A model generated the notes under the pieces. That model was not told the DNA's origin. It was given only the letters and a program-made list of their open reading frames with translations, and ran no database searches. DNA of 64,000 nt. Source: a virus (taxonomy: Duplodnaviria > Caudoviricetes). The translations under genes were made by a program, and so were the position numbers. The stretch lies in the IMG/VR virus record IMGVR_UViG_3300027819_000006; one strand, 5' to 3'. Shown here in pieces: positions 7,272 to 18,283 of this stretch (position 1 is the stretch's first letter; every line of letters starts with the position of its first letter).

Positions 7272-7559
7272 CTAAAAATCATTTGGATGTCTCAATCTGT
7301 CATCCCAGAATTCATCTACATTAGGTTTATTTGCTATATAGTTTTTGATGTTCAGCCCTACTTTTTGTAATGCTTCAAATGCATCTTGCAAAGCTTGTCC
7401 ACTTCTTAGTGTCCATAGATAGACTTCTGCTCCAGCTTCTATTTCTTTCTTAATAGCATTTATTACATCCCATTTTGGCTCACCAATAGCTAGATAGTTA
7501 CTCTGAGGATCTGTGAAAGTAGTTCCATCAAAATCCAAAGCTATATGTTTTGTCATCAA
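7272..7559 (-). CDS. small HAD-family phosphatase-like protein
   Basis: IALDFDGT motif I, LWTLRSG motif II, WDDR motif IV. Confidence 0.7.
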   Translation of the reverse strand: MMTKHIALDFDGTTFTDPQSNYLAIGEPKWDVINAIKKEIEAGAEVYLWTLRSGQALQDAFEALQKVGLNIKNYIANKPNVDEFWDDRLRHPNDF

Positions 7560-8593
7560 ACTGCCATTTCTGCTGTTAATTTAGGATGGAATTGATAATT
7601 CTCTAATTCAAAATCTGTCATCACAAAATCTTCTAATTTAGTCTGTCCTCTATCTTTTATTTTTAATTTTGATTTTGGTATTTGATATGGAATTCTCTGC
7701 AGCTGTTCTTTAACTATATCTATATGATTCAAATATATATGAGTATCTCCCCCGACAAATATTAATTCGTGCGGAACAGTATTTGTAAGTTTAGCCAATA
7801 TAGATAGTAGAAATGCATATGATGAAATATTCGAGCAGAGTCCTAAAAAACTATCCACACTCCTCTGATACCATTGCAGTGACAATTTCAATTCTGGAAT
7901 TTCTATTTTTGATAATATCTGATCTAATTTTGTTGATTCTTCAAACATTCCAGTAGAAGACTCTACATCTATTTTAAGCACTTTCATTATATCATCATAT
8001 AATACAGGACTGTTATTATTTAAATAGATTAGTTTGTCAAAATTATTCATTTTTGAACAATATAGCTGTATAAGAACATGGCATGGGGGCAATGCGCATT
8101 TATCTGAACTTACTTCTGCGGGATTCCAAGCTGTAACAAGTATTCTTCTGTCATTGGGATTTTTCTTGATTGTGTCTATAACGTTTTGAAGCTGATCTAT
8201 TTCATGTTTGTATATTTCTGTTTCTACAAAATTAGCTTCTTCTTTTTCTATAAATTCCCATTTCCGCCATTGTTTGCCATAGAGTTTGCCACAATCACCA
8301 TCATCTTCATAGTTATTTCTTTTTATATAATCTGCATAGTTTCCATCCCAGAATTTATTTTTAGCATATATTTTCTTTAGATCATTGATATTGGATGAAC
8401 CAGATATGAACCATAGTAATTCTGATAATATTGAAAGAACTGGCATTTGTCGTGTAGTAATTATTGGAAATCCTTCATATATAGAAAATCTAAGCGTAGT
8501 TCCAAAGATAGATTTAGTGTCTACACCAGTTCTGTCAGATTTAGTTTCTCCATTATCTAAAATATTTTGCAATAAGTCTAAATAGTTTCTCAA
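7556..8593 (-). CDS. thyA: thymidylate synthase
   Basis: DRTGVDT, ELLWFI, RRILVTAWNP, LPPCH, YQRSVD, NISSY, GDTHIYLNH. Confidence 0.95.
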   Translation of the reverse strand: MRNYLDLLQNILDNGETKSDRTGVDTKSIFGTTLRFSIYEGFPIITTRQMPVLSILSELLWFISGSSNINDLKKIYAKNKFWDGNYADYIKRNNYEDDGDCGKLYGKQWRKWEFIEKEEANFVETEIYKHEIDQLQNVIDTIKKNPNDRRILVTAWNPAEVSSDKCALPPCHVLIQLYCSKMNNFDKLIYLNNNSPVLYDDIMKVLKIDVESSTGMFEESTKLDQILSKIEIPELKLSLQWYQRSVDSFLGLCSNISSYAFLLSILAKLTNTVPHELIFVGGDTHIYLNHIDIVKEQLQRIPYQIPKSKLKIKDRGQTKLEDFVMTDFELENYQFHPKLTAEMAV

Positions 8594-9053
8594 AGTTTAG
8601 CATACTCCTTGTCAGAAATTTCTTGAGTAATTTCTACAATGTATGTAATTTTGTGTTTATCATTTTTAAGAGTGAATCTAAACTTTCCATCTACATAGTT
8701 CACATCAGAAGATTTAATTTTAGCATTAAATTTCTTTTCTTTATCTGATTTGACTAATGGATATATCAAAGAATCTGAAAATCTTGTTAGCAAATTGTAC
8801 AGGAAATTCTTATATGCTTTTCTGTTTTTATAAGTCATTAACATTAGATATCCTCCTTTATGATAAATTTTTCGCCATTCTTGCCTGCTTCATAAGCTTT
8901 CTTTAGTAGATCTGGTATCTCTGTCATGAAAGCTAAATCTCTTCCAAGTATCATGTCTTCTGGTGAATCACATTCATCTGAAGCAGAGCAGAAATGATGT
9001 CCATTTATTTTTAAACTATAGTAACTATCTGATGATTCAATTTCTATTTTCAT
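8590..9053 (-). CDS. two small hypothetical proteins (8590-8844, 8844-9053)
   Basis: coupled ORFs in operon. Confidence 0.55.
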
Positions 9054-9655
9054 AGAACCTCTCTAACAAATAGTGCAACTTCTATTTTTTCTCCGCATTT
9101 CATTGATAGGTCCGATAGTAATTGTTTAATAATAACTTTATCGTTTTTGATAAACTTTTGCTCTGATAGACAAACTTCTTTGAACCATTTATTCAGCTTT
9201 CCATCTACAATTTTCTGTAATAGCTCTTGTTTATCTGTTTTAAATCCTCCTTTTTCTGTCATTTCTTTCATAGTCACAATAGATAATAGATTCTGCTGAC
9301 TATTCAGCTCTCTTTCAGAAATATCTTCTTTAGAGACATACAGTGGATTTTCAGAAGCTATCTGCAGACATAGATCGTTTCCAAGAACATTAAACTCATC
9401 AGTTTTGGCCACAAAATCAGTTTGACATTTTAGTTTTAACAGAACTCCAATTTTCTTGTTAGCATGTACATATGTGAAAATTCTACCTTCAGAAGTAGTT
9501 GCATTGTTGTTTGTCAGAATCTGAATACTCTGTTCTTGCAGCCATCTGATAGCTAGTTCTATATCATTCTCTGTTTTTTCTAATGCTTCTTTACATTTTG
9601 CAACAGACACATTAGTTCTCTGTCTGAATTCTTTTATGATGTCAAGATTGTTCAT
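9050..9655 (-). CDS. tsf: translation elongation factor Ts (short form)
   Basis: IKEFRQRT..CKEAL, EGRI..YVH, LKCQTDFVAK, EVCLSEQKFIKND. Confidence 0.92.
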   Translation of the reverse strand: MNNLDIIKEFRQRTNVSVAKCKEALEKTENDIELAIRWLQEQSIQILTNNNATTSEGRIFTYVHANKKIGVLLKLKCQTDFVAKTDEFNVLGNDLCLQIASENPLYVSKEDISERELNSQQNLLSIVTMKEMTEKGGFKTDKQELLQKIVDGKLNKWFKEVCLSEQKFIKNDKVIIKQLLSDLSMKCGEKIEVALFVREVL

Positions 9656-10716
9656 TTTAGTCCTGCTTGTTTATTCAAATATTTCATGAACCAAATTCTA
9701 GCTGCTGTGCTAGCATCTCTTGTCATATCTTTTGGCTCTAAATTATTTGACTGTAATGTGTCCATTTCCTCTTTAATAATATCATTTACAACCCATTTTA
9801 GAAATGCACCAGTTCCTTTTACGTCTGGCTCAAGTGAATTTTGAGTAAAAACATATTCTATACCCTGTAAAAGTCTAGAATCTGTCACAGTATATGCAAT
9901 AAATTCATTAATAGAATTCATCTTTTCTGTATCTACTTCAGCAAGCTTTTTAACTTTAGAAGAAGAATGTTTCATCCCTTTACTTTTAAATGTAATTCTT
10001 CCAGTTTTGTTACTGTAGTTGCAAAAAACGATTCCTTCTCCTATTCCCTCTTTGCCAAAATATTTACCTACAGGACAGCAAGCTTCTACTTCTTCTGTCA
10101 TTTTCACAATTTCATTCTGCGATCTTTCAGGATAGTTAAAATCAATATCTATTGAATATGTTTTAAATTGATGAACATTATAAATTCTATTTTCATTGCT
10201 ATGAATATTTTTATATTGATCATCTGTTAGCCAATAAGCAAATACAGACTCTTCTTCTATAGCACTCATTGGAGTAATTTTAACTCCAAAAATTAAAAAC
10301 ATTTTTTCAAGTCCAGATATTGCTACTCCACCCTGAATGTTAGACCCTGCCCACTCTCCATAGATTGTAATAATGTCATCTTGTAAACTTTTAGTATCTT
10401 CATCTATTTGTTTGAACAATTTTAAAAAAACATCTTCATTAGATTTTACAAAAAATGCAAATCCAGCATTGTCATGTTCTACAGATACATTATGATTTCT
10501 TGCCTGTGCCCATATTTCTGTACCGTCGAAGGATACAGCTGCATGTGTCCCGTGAATTTTGCAAGTTCCAGTAAATGTAAGAGTTGGCAGCATTACAGAT
10601 GGATCATAGATCGCATCTCCATTTTCATCCTTACCTTTATATCTATAAGATAGCTGCACTCCTTTAATTACATTTCTGAACTGCTCAATTTCAGGAAATT
10701 TAATGAATTTTTTCAT
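9652..10716 (-). CDS. RNA ligase, Rnl2-like nucleotidyltransferase
   Basis: TCKIHGTHA (motif I), IYGEWAG, FLIFGV, GEGIVF, TFKSKG. Confidence 0.85.
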   Translation of the reverse strand: MKKFIKFPEIEQFRNVIKGVQLSYRYKGKDENGDAIYDPSVMLPTLTFTGTCKIHGTHAAVSFDGTEIWAQARNHNVSVEHDNAGFAFFVKSNEDVFLKLFKQIDEDTKSLQDDIITIYGEWAGSNIQGGVAISGLEKMFLIFGVKITPMSAIEEESVFAYWLTDDQYKNIHSNENRIYNVHQFKTYSIDIDFNYPERSQNEIVKMTEEVEACCPVGKYFGKEGIGEGIVFCNYSNKTGRITFKSKGMKHSSSKVKKLAEVDTEKMNSINEFIAYTVTDSRLLQGIEYVFTQNSLEPDVKGTGAFLKWVVNDIIKEEMDTLQSNNLEPKDMTRDASTAARIWFMKYLNKQAGLK

Positions 10717-11752
10717 TTAGTTTCTTCTCTCTTGCATAATCTTTCATTGCTGCTTCTTTAGTTTTAAACGGACCACAAGATTGAGAATAACCATTGAACC
10801 CATCCTTAGGAGGGTAATAGACTATCCAACTCCAAGTGTTCCAATATGTGCATTTATAATAAGCTACAGTTCTTTGAGTTCTGATTTTTGTTTTCATTTA
10901 TTATAAAAAATTGTTTATCATAGTTTAGAATATTTTATAATTCTATATTTTATTACAAGATTTCTATATTTTATATGATCATTGCATATCAACATTTTAA
11001 TATATGATCTTGCTTTTTTTCTAGTATGGAATGACGCTATTATAAGTGAATTGTCAATATCATAGTCTTCTATTATATAAGATCTAAAAATAGATTCTGA
11101 GATGTTGCAATATTTATATTCTACAACCCATACATTTTTCATATATTGTATCTTCTATTTAATAGTGATTATTTCAATTATCTGAATCATTGTCATCCAA
11201 AACCTGAATACCCTTCATGTATGTCCGATATGTTCCATTGAACGTATAAGTCCAATTGCACTCATCCACAAGATCATTCATCCAAGCTGATACTTCAGCT
11301 TGAGTTACAAAATATCCGTCATTTCTCAAACTTTTCTTGACATCAAATGTTGTAGTGCTACCATTATTTTCGATAAAAGTTTCTGCAACTGTTTTGACAT
11401 CATCTCTTGTAACATTTGGCTTGCTCATGACTGGAACTCCTTGTGGAATTGGTTGAGTATTTACTACAGAAACTACTCTACTTCCATTAAACATGTCAAG
11501 CAAATCATTTTCATAATACTTTAATACTTCATTTGCAACTTTTAAACTGTTAAAATATACAGTCATAAAACTTCTATACATTGGAGCTCTGACAGCATAT
11601 ACTCGATTCATTTCAGTATTATATTTGATGATATATCTTTTTTCTTGTGAATTGTTCCAATCAGGCTGCCAATCATTCTCCACAACCTGCTGTTCATCTG
11701 AAATTGCTTCCAATAATCTGAGTTTAGCATCATTAAATTTTGACACTTTCAT
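10700..11752 (-). CDS. three hypothetical proteins (10700-10897, 10918-11142, 11174-11752)
   Basis: minus-strand ORFs, no recognisable motif. Confidence 0.55.
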
Positions 11753-11846
11753 TTCCTTTCTATATTATAAAGTTTGAAACCCTAAACATAAAATATGCAA
11801 TAAACAAATGACGAAAATTGCATACAATAAAAATCTAATCAATTTC

Positions 11847-12425
11847 TTAAACACTTTTTTCTCCATGGTGATCTATTGGTTTAAACATTTTCTTATTCAT
11901 TGTCTCTTTTACTTGGTCAAAATGTAGTGGTGTAAAATTGTGGCAATCTACTCCAACATCAAAACTTAAAGAATTAGGATCATCTAGTAAAGAACCATGA
12001 CTATGTCCATATAAATGCCAAGTTCCATAGTGAGATTTATGCCATTTTTTCATAGCATAATGGCAAAGTGTGATTTCCCGTCCATTTACTTTGATCTTCT
12101 TATAGTTTTCTGTAATTGAACCAAAATATTTGTAACAATCTTTCTTGTGCTTATCTATATATCTGTCATGATCTCCAGTAATCAGATGAATAATTCCATT
12201 CAGCTTTTCTGTAAGCAGTTCTAATTCTGTAGCGCTATTTATAAAAGCAAAGTCTCCTAAATGATAAACAGTATCAGCTGGGTTGACTACAGCATTCCAA
12301 TTTTCAATCATTGTGATATTCATCTCTTGCACAGAATTGAATGGACGGTTGCAATATTCGATTATTCTAGCATGCTGGAAATGGCTATCGCTCGTGAAGT
12401 ATGCCTCAGACATTTTCTTTCTCAT
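11847..12425 (-). CDS. calcineurin-like metallophosphoesterase
   Basis: SDSHFQH, LGDF, GDHD, CHY, HLYGHSH. Confidence 0.9.
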   Translation of the reverse strand: MRKKMSEAYFTSDSHFQHARIIEYCNRPFNSVQEMNITMIENWNAVVNPADTVYHLGDFAFINSATELELLTEKLNGIIHLITGDHDRYIDKHKKDCYKYFGSITENYKKIKVNGREITLCHYAMKKWHKSHYGTWHLYGHSHGSLLDDPNSLSFDVGVDCHNFTPLHFDQVKETMNKKMFKPIDHHGEKSV

Positions 12426-12795
12426 ATTTAGCTTTTAATAGAGCTAATGTTCTCTTTTCTCTCAACTCTTCTTGTCTCTTCTGTTCTGCTAATTTTTCAG
12501 CATTTAATCTATCTCTTACAAATTGAGCTTTGTTTATTCTTTCTGTCTCCAATTCTACTATCTCAGCATCTGGTTTATTAAAATATAATAATGGTATATC
12601 TTCATATGCATTATCATCAGAATATCTGTGATGACTTAGATAGTACCTGATCTTGTTTCCATCTAATTCTATATCGTTTACATAGTAGTCAATATTTTTA
12701 GTTTCTAGAGCTAAAATTAATAGTGCTATCCTACCTGATTCTTTTGTTAGCTCTTGATATTCGTTATATGTTTTAGCTACATCAGTAGATTTCAT
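12406..12795 (-). CDS. hypothetical protein
   Basis: 129-aa ORF with C-terminal coiled coil. Confidence 0.6.
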   Translation of the reverse strand: MKSTDVAKTYNEYQELTKESGRIALLILALETKNIDYYVNDIELDGNKIRYYLSHHRYSDDNAYEDIPLLYFNKPDAEIVELETERINKAQFVRDRLNAEKLAEQKRQEELREKRTLALLKAKYEKENV

Positions 12796-14025
12796 CTAAA
12801 CCTCGACTATATATTTAATTGTTGTCTGTGCAACGTTATAAACCATAAATTCATCATTTCTCAAATCTGCTCCCCTAAGAGCAAAAACAGAATCGTAGTT
12901 TCCCTTTGCTTTCAAATTTTTCTCATTAAGATTATAGCAATCAGAAGAATGCTTTTGAATCTTATACTGATTTCCAACATGCACATCATAAAGAGAAAGA
13001 AGTCCAGTATCTGCAGTTCCACCAGTCCAACAACTTCCTCTTTTAGAAGTATAACCTAAACTCTTCTGAAATTTATTTGCAAAGTAGATTGAATTCCCAA
13101 ACATCGCACCAGTAGATACTGCATTTGATGGCCGAATCAAAAGTCCTGTGTCCAAAATATTCCACCAATTTTCATTTCTACTTCCATGCCAGAATGTCTG
13201 AACATCTTTATTTGCAGCTTTTTCAATCCATTCATTAAATCTCTTCTGAGTCTTCACATTCTCAACTCTGAAAGCAGATATAAACGTGTTGGCATTATCT
13301 TGCATCTTCATTCTGATAGAGTTAACTTCATTCTGTTCAACTGTGTACATTTTGACTCCAATTGAATCAAGAATTGTCATTCCCTTTGACTCAATAGAAG
13401 TAGAATCATCTTTGATAGAAACCTGTCCTTTCATAACATCAAGAGTATCTTGTTCTGAACTAACAAGTCTTCTAACTGTTTCAATATTCTGATCTGTAAT
13501 GACAGGAAAATTGAATATGAAATTCTGAACCTTGTTCATCTTCCTTGGGATTACAGTATAGAGATTGAGCAGTTTTGTATTTACGGGCTGTGTAACATTT
13601 CCAATTGCGAGCATGTTTGAAATTTCATCAACAATTCTCTGTGCTTCATCTACTTGTTGCATTGTAACATTAGATACTGCAACTGTATAGTTGTCTGAAA
13701 TGCTTCTCTTTGCAAATGCTTGAAGCTTGTTGATGAATGTTTTAATCAGCGGATTTGTAATATCTATGAATCCATTAGGAGACTGAACAGTTTCTGCAAA
13801 AAGAGTGGTCACATCTTTGTAACCCTTCTTGATCTTTGACTTGTAGAGAGGTTCCCATTTTTCAATCGGATAGTTTTCTTCAGTAAATCTGCCTCCCACG
13901 CGGCCATAATTAACTTTAAAACTACCAGTGCCAGAGTCAAACATCTGATATTCTTTGTTATTGTTTTGATCCGTCACCATTATGAGCTTTACAACTTTCT
14001 TGAACTCTTTTGATTCTTCACTCAT
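12796..14025 (-). CDS. poly(ADP-ribose) polymerase-like protein (WGR, regulatory and catalytic domains)
   Basis: YGRVG; LYTVIPR; WHGSR..GAMFGNSIYFA..SLGY..NDEFMVY (H-Y-E triad). Confidence 0.92.
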   Translation of the reverse strand: MSEESKEFKKVVKLIMVTDQNNNKEYQMFDSGTGSFKVNYGRVGGRFTEENYPIEKWEPLYKSKIKKGYKDVTTLFAETVQSPNGFIDITNPLIKTFINKLQAFAKRSISDNYTVAVSNVTMQQVDEAQRIVDEISNMLAIGNVTQPVNTKLLNLYTVIPRKMNKVQNFIFNFPVITDQNIETVRRLVSSEQDTLDVMKGQVSIKDDSTSIESKGMTILDSIGVKMYTVEQNEVNSIRMKMQDNANTFISAFRVENVKTQKRFNEWIEKAANKDVQTFWHGSRNENWWNILDTGLLIRPSNAVSTGAMFGNSIYFANKFQKSLGYTSKRGSCWTGGTADTGLLSLYDVHVGNQYKIQKHSSDCYNLNEKNLKAKGNYDSVFALRGADLRNDEFMVYNVAQTTIKYIVEV

Positions 14026-14070
14026 TTTGTATCCTCATGAATGATGAATTGAAACTATTTTGTATGATTT

Positions 14071-14104
14071 AATATAAACAATCTATGAGCAAAAGTAAAC
14101 AGTT
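14071..14104 (-). promoter_or_regulatory. conserved phage promoter upstream of PARP
   Basis: ACTGTTTACTTTTGCTCATAGATTGTTTATATT. Confidence 0.8.
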
Positions 14105-14625
14105 TATTTAGATTTTTTCATCAATTCCACATAAATTTTTTTACATGCTTCTGTACCATTCATCGCTGAATGAGGCTTATTCTCTCGTTTATGCCCAAAA
14201 TGTTCTAAAATGCAATCCAAAGAGTAATATTTTAATCTCAATGGCCAAGCCAAAGATATTGTATCTATCCAAGTGTATGAAGTAATCTCTACTCCATATT
14301 GTCTAGATGAATATGTTATAAAACTTCTGTCAAATGATGAATTATGAGCTACAAATGCAGATCCTTTTGTTATTGATTCAAATTCTTCCCAGAATGCTTT
14401 TGTTTGCAGCTGAGCAGACTTTTTCCATTCTGTCAAAACAAATCCATTCACAGCAGAAGCAGAAGGATGCATTCTATGCAGATATACAGGAAGCAATTTT
14501 CTATACCACCTGCAAAGCTCTTTAGAGCAGTCAGCATTAGTTTTTATTAAAGCTATTTCTATAATTTCATTAAATTCTGGTAAGAGACCAGTAGTTTCTA
14601 TATCTATGAAGCAGAGATTTTTCAT
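14104..14625 (-). CDS. DEDDh 3'-5' exonuclease (DnaQ-like)
   Basis: FIDIETTG, VAHNSSFD, IDT, HSAMNG. Confidence 0.88.
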   Translation of the reverse strand: MKNLCFIDIETTGLLPEFNEIIEIALIKTNADCSKELCRWYRKLLPVYLHRMHPSASAVNGFVLTEWKKSAQLQTKAFWEEFESITKGSAFVAHNSSFDRSFITYSSRQYGVEITSYTWIDTISLAWPLRLKYYSLDCILEHFGHKRENKPHSAMNGTEACKKIYVELMKKSK

Positions 14626-15004
14626 CAGTTAGCATTCTTATCTTTATGAGCATGTGCAATCTTGTTCATCGCTCTGTCAATTTCATGCATGACTTGTTCT
14701 GTTGGAGCAGATACATATAGAAAATTTTTAATATAACTGAATAGTTCAACAGCTTCATTGTGCACCAGAGTATAGTCTATTGATTGTTTCATTTCTATTT
14801 ATCCAATTTTTGACAAGTTGTGGAGTTATATGAAATAGTTTGTCTTTTTGTTTATCTTCAATGTCATTCCAACTGAATCCACTAATTTCTGATATGCTAG
14901 TTATTATTTTTTGATTTTCTGGAGATTCTATAATGACTGATTTTTAACTATAGAATAACTCCAGATTTTATTTTCTATAGTTACTTTTTTAAGTTTGTTG
15001 CGTC

Positions 15005-15829
15005 TCATTTTGTGTTTTCGGGTATTTCGCAAATTGGTGGCATGTTCATTTTATGAGAATTGCTTGTATGGAATTTAGAATAAATATCTAATACTTCTTT
15101 TGATCTATCATCTAAATCTGCTACAAGATGATTATAATCTTGAATTGTCATAAAATTTTTATGTTCGTTAAAATTCATTGCCCATTCAAGTTCTTCATAT
15201 GAAGCTCCAATATGATCTTCATCAGACCTTCCATCTTCCCAAAGACCATCTGTTGGAGTAACTTCAATAATTCTCTTATCAATATTCATCCATTTTGCAA
15301 GTTCTCTAACTTCTGTTTTTGTAAGTTTTCCAATAGGACTAATATCTACTCCTCCATCTCCATATTTTGTGAAAAATCCCACTCCATAGTCTTCTACATA
15401 GTTTCCAGTTCCTACAACTAAAAGTTTTTCATCTGCTGCAAAATTATAGAGTGCACACATTCTGAGCCGAGACTGTAAATTTGCCATAGCAAGTTTATTC
15501 TGAACTTGATTGATTGGTAATACTCCTTTGAAAGCGTTGAAAACAGTCTCTAAATAAATGATTTTGGGCTCTGCACAATCATAAGTATTTCTAAGCCAAT
15601 ATGCATGAATAGCTGAAAGCTCGTCCGGTTCAATGGGCTTAGTGGGTAATCTAACAACAACAGTTTTCTTACCAGTCATTGCACACAGAGTAGAAACTAC
15701 AGCAGAGTCAATTCCTCCTGAAATTCCTATAATAAAACCATTCATATTAGCTTCGTTACGGTAATCTGATAACCACTGAACAATATGATTTGTAACTTTT
15801 TGACAGTTCATATTTATCCTTTCTATCAT
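15005..15829 (-). CDS. nadE: NH3-dependent NAD+ synthetase
   Basis: GISGGIDSAV, NLQSRLRM, GTGN..E..GFFTKYGDGGVD, PTDGLW. Confidence 0.95.
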   Translation of the reverse strand: MIERINMNCQKVTNHIVQWLSDYRNEANMNGFIIGISGGIDSAVVSTLCAMTGKKTVVVRLPTKPIEPDELSAIHAYWLRNTYDCAEPKIIYLETVFNAFKGVLPINQVQNKLAMANLQSRLRMCALYNFAADEKLLVVGTGNYVEDYGVGFFTKYGDGGVDISPIGKLTKTEVRELAKWMNIDKRIIEVTPTDGLWEDGRSDEDHIGASYEELEWAMNFNEHKNFMTIQDYNHLVADLDDRSKEVLDIYSKFHTSNSHKMNMPPICEIPENTK

Positions 15830-15834
15830 TTGCT

Positions 15835-16173
15835 TTATACTCTATTTATGATATAGACTATGGGTTTACCTATAAAACTAAATGCATAATATGTAAACCA
15901 AAACATTATCGCTAAAATTTTATATAATAAGAGTGCTGTATATGGTGCTATGAGCAAAGATATAAACATCATTTCTAACAATTGATCTAGATTTAAGTAC
16001 TCTTCCATCATGTCATACCAAGAAGGCTTATGATAATTATTATCTCTGATAGGAATAGAATCTCCATCATAAAATGCAAATCTACCATCATATTTATATT
16101 TTTGATAAACGATAAGTAAAAGTCTAAACATGAAAAGAGATATAGCTGTTAAAATATAACTGTAGATTGTCAT
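15835..16173 (-). CDS. membrane protein
   Basis: two hydrophobic segments. Confidence 0.6.
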   Translation of the reverse strand: MTIYSYILTAISLFMFRLLLIVYQKYKYDGRFAFYDGDSIPIRDNNYHKPSWYDMMEEYLNLDQLLEMMFISLLIAPYTALLLYKILAIMFWFTYYAFSFIGKPIVYIINRV

Positions 16174-16348
16174 AGATTATCCTTTTCTATTAAAAATGTC
16201 CAAAAATTTATGTTCTCTTATTATTTAAGCAAGTATTTTTTGAGTTTTTAAATTTTTGTTTTGAAGATTTTGTCTCCTTGAATAAATTTTATTAAATTTT
16301 GTTAAAAAATGTTATGTTTTAAAAATATAAATTGGAGAAAAGTAAATG

Positions 16349-17626
16349 TCATCTCCCATCTTCTTTAAATTTCACAAAAACTGGAAAGCGCAATGAATAA
16401 ACTGTTGTATTTTCACTTGTTGTTACATTCTGATATTTAATTTCGACTATTTTACCTATATATTTATCTCTATTGTTCCAAATCATATCTCTATCTTGAT
16501 CACTGAATCCAGATCCACAACTTGATCTGACAAATTTACCCTCGATTTCTCCTTCTACAAAAATATTGCCCAAAGTATTTGAATTTTTGCCATTTCCAAG
16601 AGCAAAGCCCGTAATTTGTAAGTCTTCCTCTTTAAACATTTTAACTTTCAGCAAATTATTATCACGATCCCATGAATAATAATTATCGGGAGATCTTAAC
16701 ATTGCTCCCTCGAACCCAGCTTCAACAAACTTTACACAAATCTTTTCAATCTCTTCTTTTGTATTAGGAATTACAGAATAGTTAATTGGAATTACATATT
16801 CATATTTTTTCCAATTAACTCTTTTCAGAACCATCACCATGTCATTTGTATTCTTGAAATTACTACTTCCTACAGCAAATACATTGAACTTGATCTTCTT
16901 CTTATGATCATCATTTACGTTTCTATAAGACAAAACATATCCCTGAATTGTCTCAAATGGAATGTCTGGTGAATAAAGTTCTCCGTCAATGAATTCAAAA
17001 TCATTGTCTTTGCATATTTCATTAAGCTCTGCAATTACATGATCAAAACCTGTAATTTCTGTAGCACCTCTTGTATAAGCTACTCCAGTTTTGAGATCAT
17101 AATTTATGTCTAGATTGTGTGGATGTTTTGTATTGAATAATGTACATCTCAGCCCATCGTACTTTTTTGAAGCAAACCAATACTTCACTCCATAATCTCT
17201 ACCTTCTTCCCATTTATTTGCAAGCTGAACTTTATATTCTTTGATGAAATCCTTGCCATAGACCTTCTTCAATGAAGTAGAAGAGATTCCAATCTTGAAT
17301 CCTTTTTGCAGAATGCATGTAAAAATTTCTTGAGTTTCTTTTGTACACTCCATCATCAGGTCATCGATTGCATCTTTTGCTGCATTACCAGTCAGCTTTC
17401 TGCTCTTCAACTTTTCTTGTAAGTCATAGAATTCATGCCACTTCTCATGAAATGTATCACATCCGGTAACAGATGTTTTGATTTTATTGACATTAAAAAT
17501 TTCAAATGGATCATAACAGAGTCTAAAAGCTTCTCTGATTTCTGTATCAGATGAATACTTGCAGAGAATGGCCAACTTTTCATTTGTTCCAGTAGAAGCT
17601 TTGATCTCTGAGATTAGTTTTTCCAT
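16349..17626 (-). CDS. ATP-dependent DNA ligase
   Basis: KKYDGLR, DGELY, FNVF, EGAMLR, LKVK, GSGF, SLRFP. Confidence 0.95.
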   Translation of the reverse strand: MEKLISEIKASTGTNEKLAILCKYSSDTEIREAFRLCYDPFEIFNVNKIKTSVTGCDTFHEKWHEFYDLQEKLKSRKLTGNAAKDAIDDLMMECTKETQEIFTCILQKGFKIGISSTSLKKVYGKDFIKEYKVQLANKWEEGRDYGVKYWFASKKYDGLRCTLFNTKHPHNLDINYDLKTGVAYTRGATEITGFDHVIAELNEICKDNDFEFIDGELYSPDIPFETIQGYVLSYRNVNDDHKKKIKFNVFAVGSSNFKNTNDMVMVLKRVNWKKYEYVIPINYSVIPNTKEEIEKICVKFVEAGFEGAMLRSPDNYYSWDRDNNLLKVKMFKEEDLQITGFALGNGKNSNTLGNIFVEGEIEGKFVRSSCGSGFSDQDRDMIWNNRDKYIGKIVEIKYQNVTTSENTTVYSLRFPVFVKFKEDGR

Positions 17627-17667
17627 TTTTGCTTCCTATAGTTTATATGATTATTTTTGTATAGTTA

Positions 17668-17701
17668 AATATAAACAATCTACACTTAAAAGTAAACAGT
17701 T
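17668..17701 (-). promoter_or_regulatory. conserved phage promoter upstream of ligase
   Basis: ACTGTTTACTTTTAAGTGTAGATTGTTTATATT. Confidence 0.8.
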
Positions 17702-17809
17702 ATATTGACATATCCTTCAATAAATTGATCCAAGCTACAGCTACAATAGAAACACAAATAACTACTACAATCCACACTAGTGCTTCTGGCCACCTCATGA
17801 TAAAACTCC

Positions 17810-18282
17810 TTATGTAAAGAAAGTCAATGAATCTTCTTCTATGATGATTCCACACCGTTTCAGCTCTATAATCTGATCTTCTGTTATGACTTCTGCTAAT
17901 TCTTCTAAATTGATGTTCAGATAAAATATATCATGCTCAGCAGCTGCAATCATGTCAGAATCTTCTGATTGCAGCTCACTCAAAAGTAACATAGCATGAA
18001 GGTCTGGTCTATTACTTCTTTTATTTTCTATTTTATGAAACTCTAGATATTCTTCATCATGCTTATCAAACAATTCCAGCATTTCTGATAGATCCATATC
18101 TACTCATCTCCTTCTTCAATTTTAGAATCGAATTCTTCAGCATCTTTTAAATCTTTGATCTGCCTAAGATTTCTTCTGAGCTCTTGTCTAAATCTTCTAT
18201 TGTGATTCTTTTTATTTTTTTCAACTACATAGTCTGCACTATTAGAATCACTATTATTAAAACCCTGTTTTTGCTTCCTCAA
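17810..18282 (-). CDS. two small hypothetical proteins (17810-18097, 18100-18282)
   Basis: ORFs with RBS in operon. Confidence 0.6.
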
Positions 18283-18283
18283 C

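Noticed and set aside
7556-8593. ThyA as a dCMP hydroxymethylase or base-modifying enzyme
   Set aside because: Retains the Asn in NISSY that specifies dUMP; only a loop insertion differs
16175-16348. AT-rich intergenic tract as replication origin
   Set aside because: No iterons or other supporting signal beyond base composition
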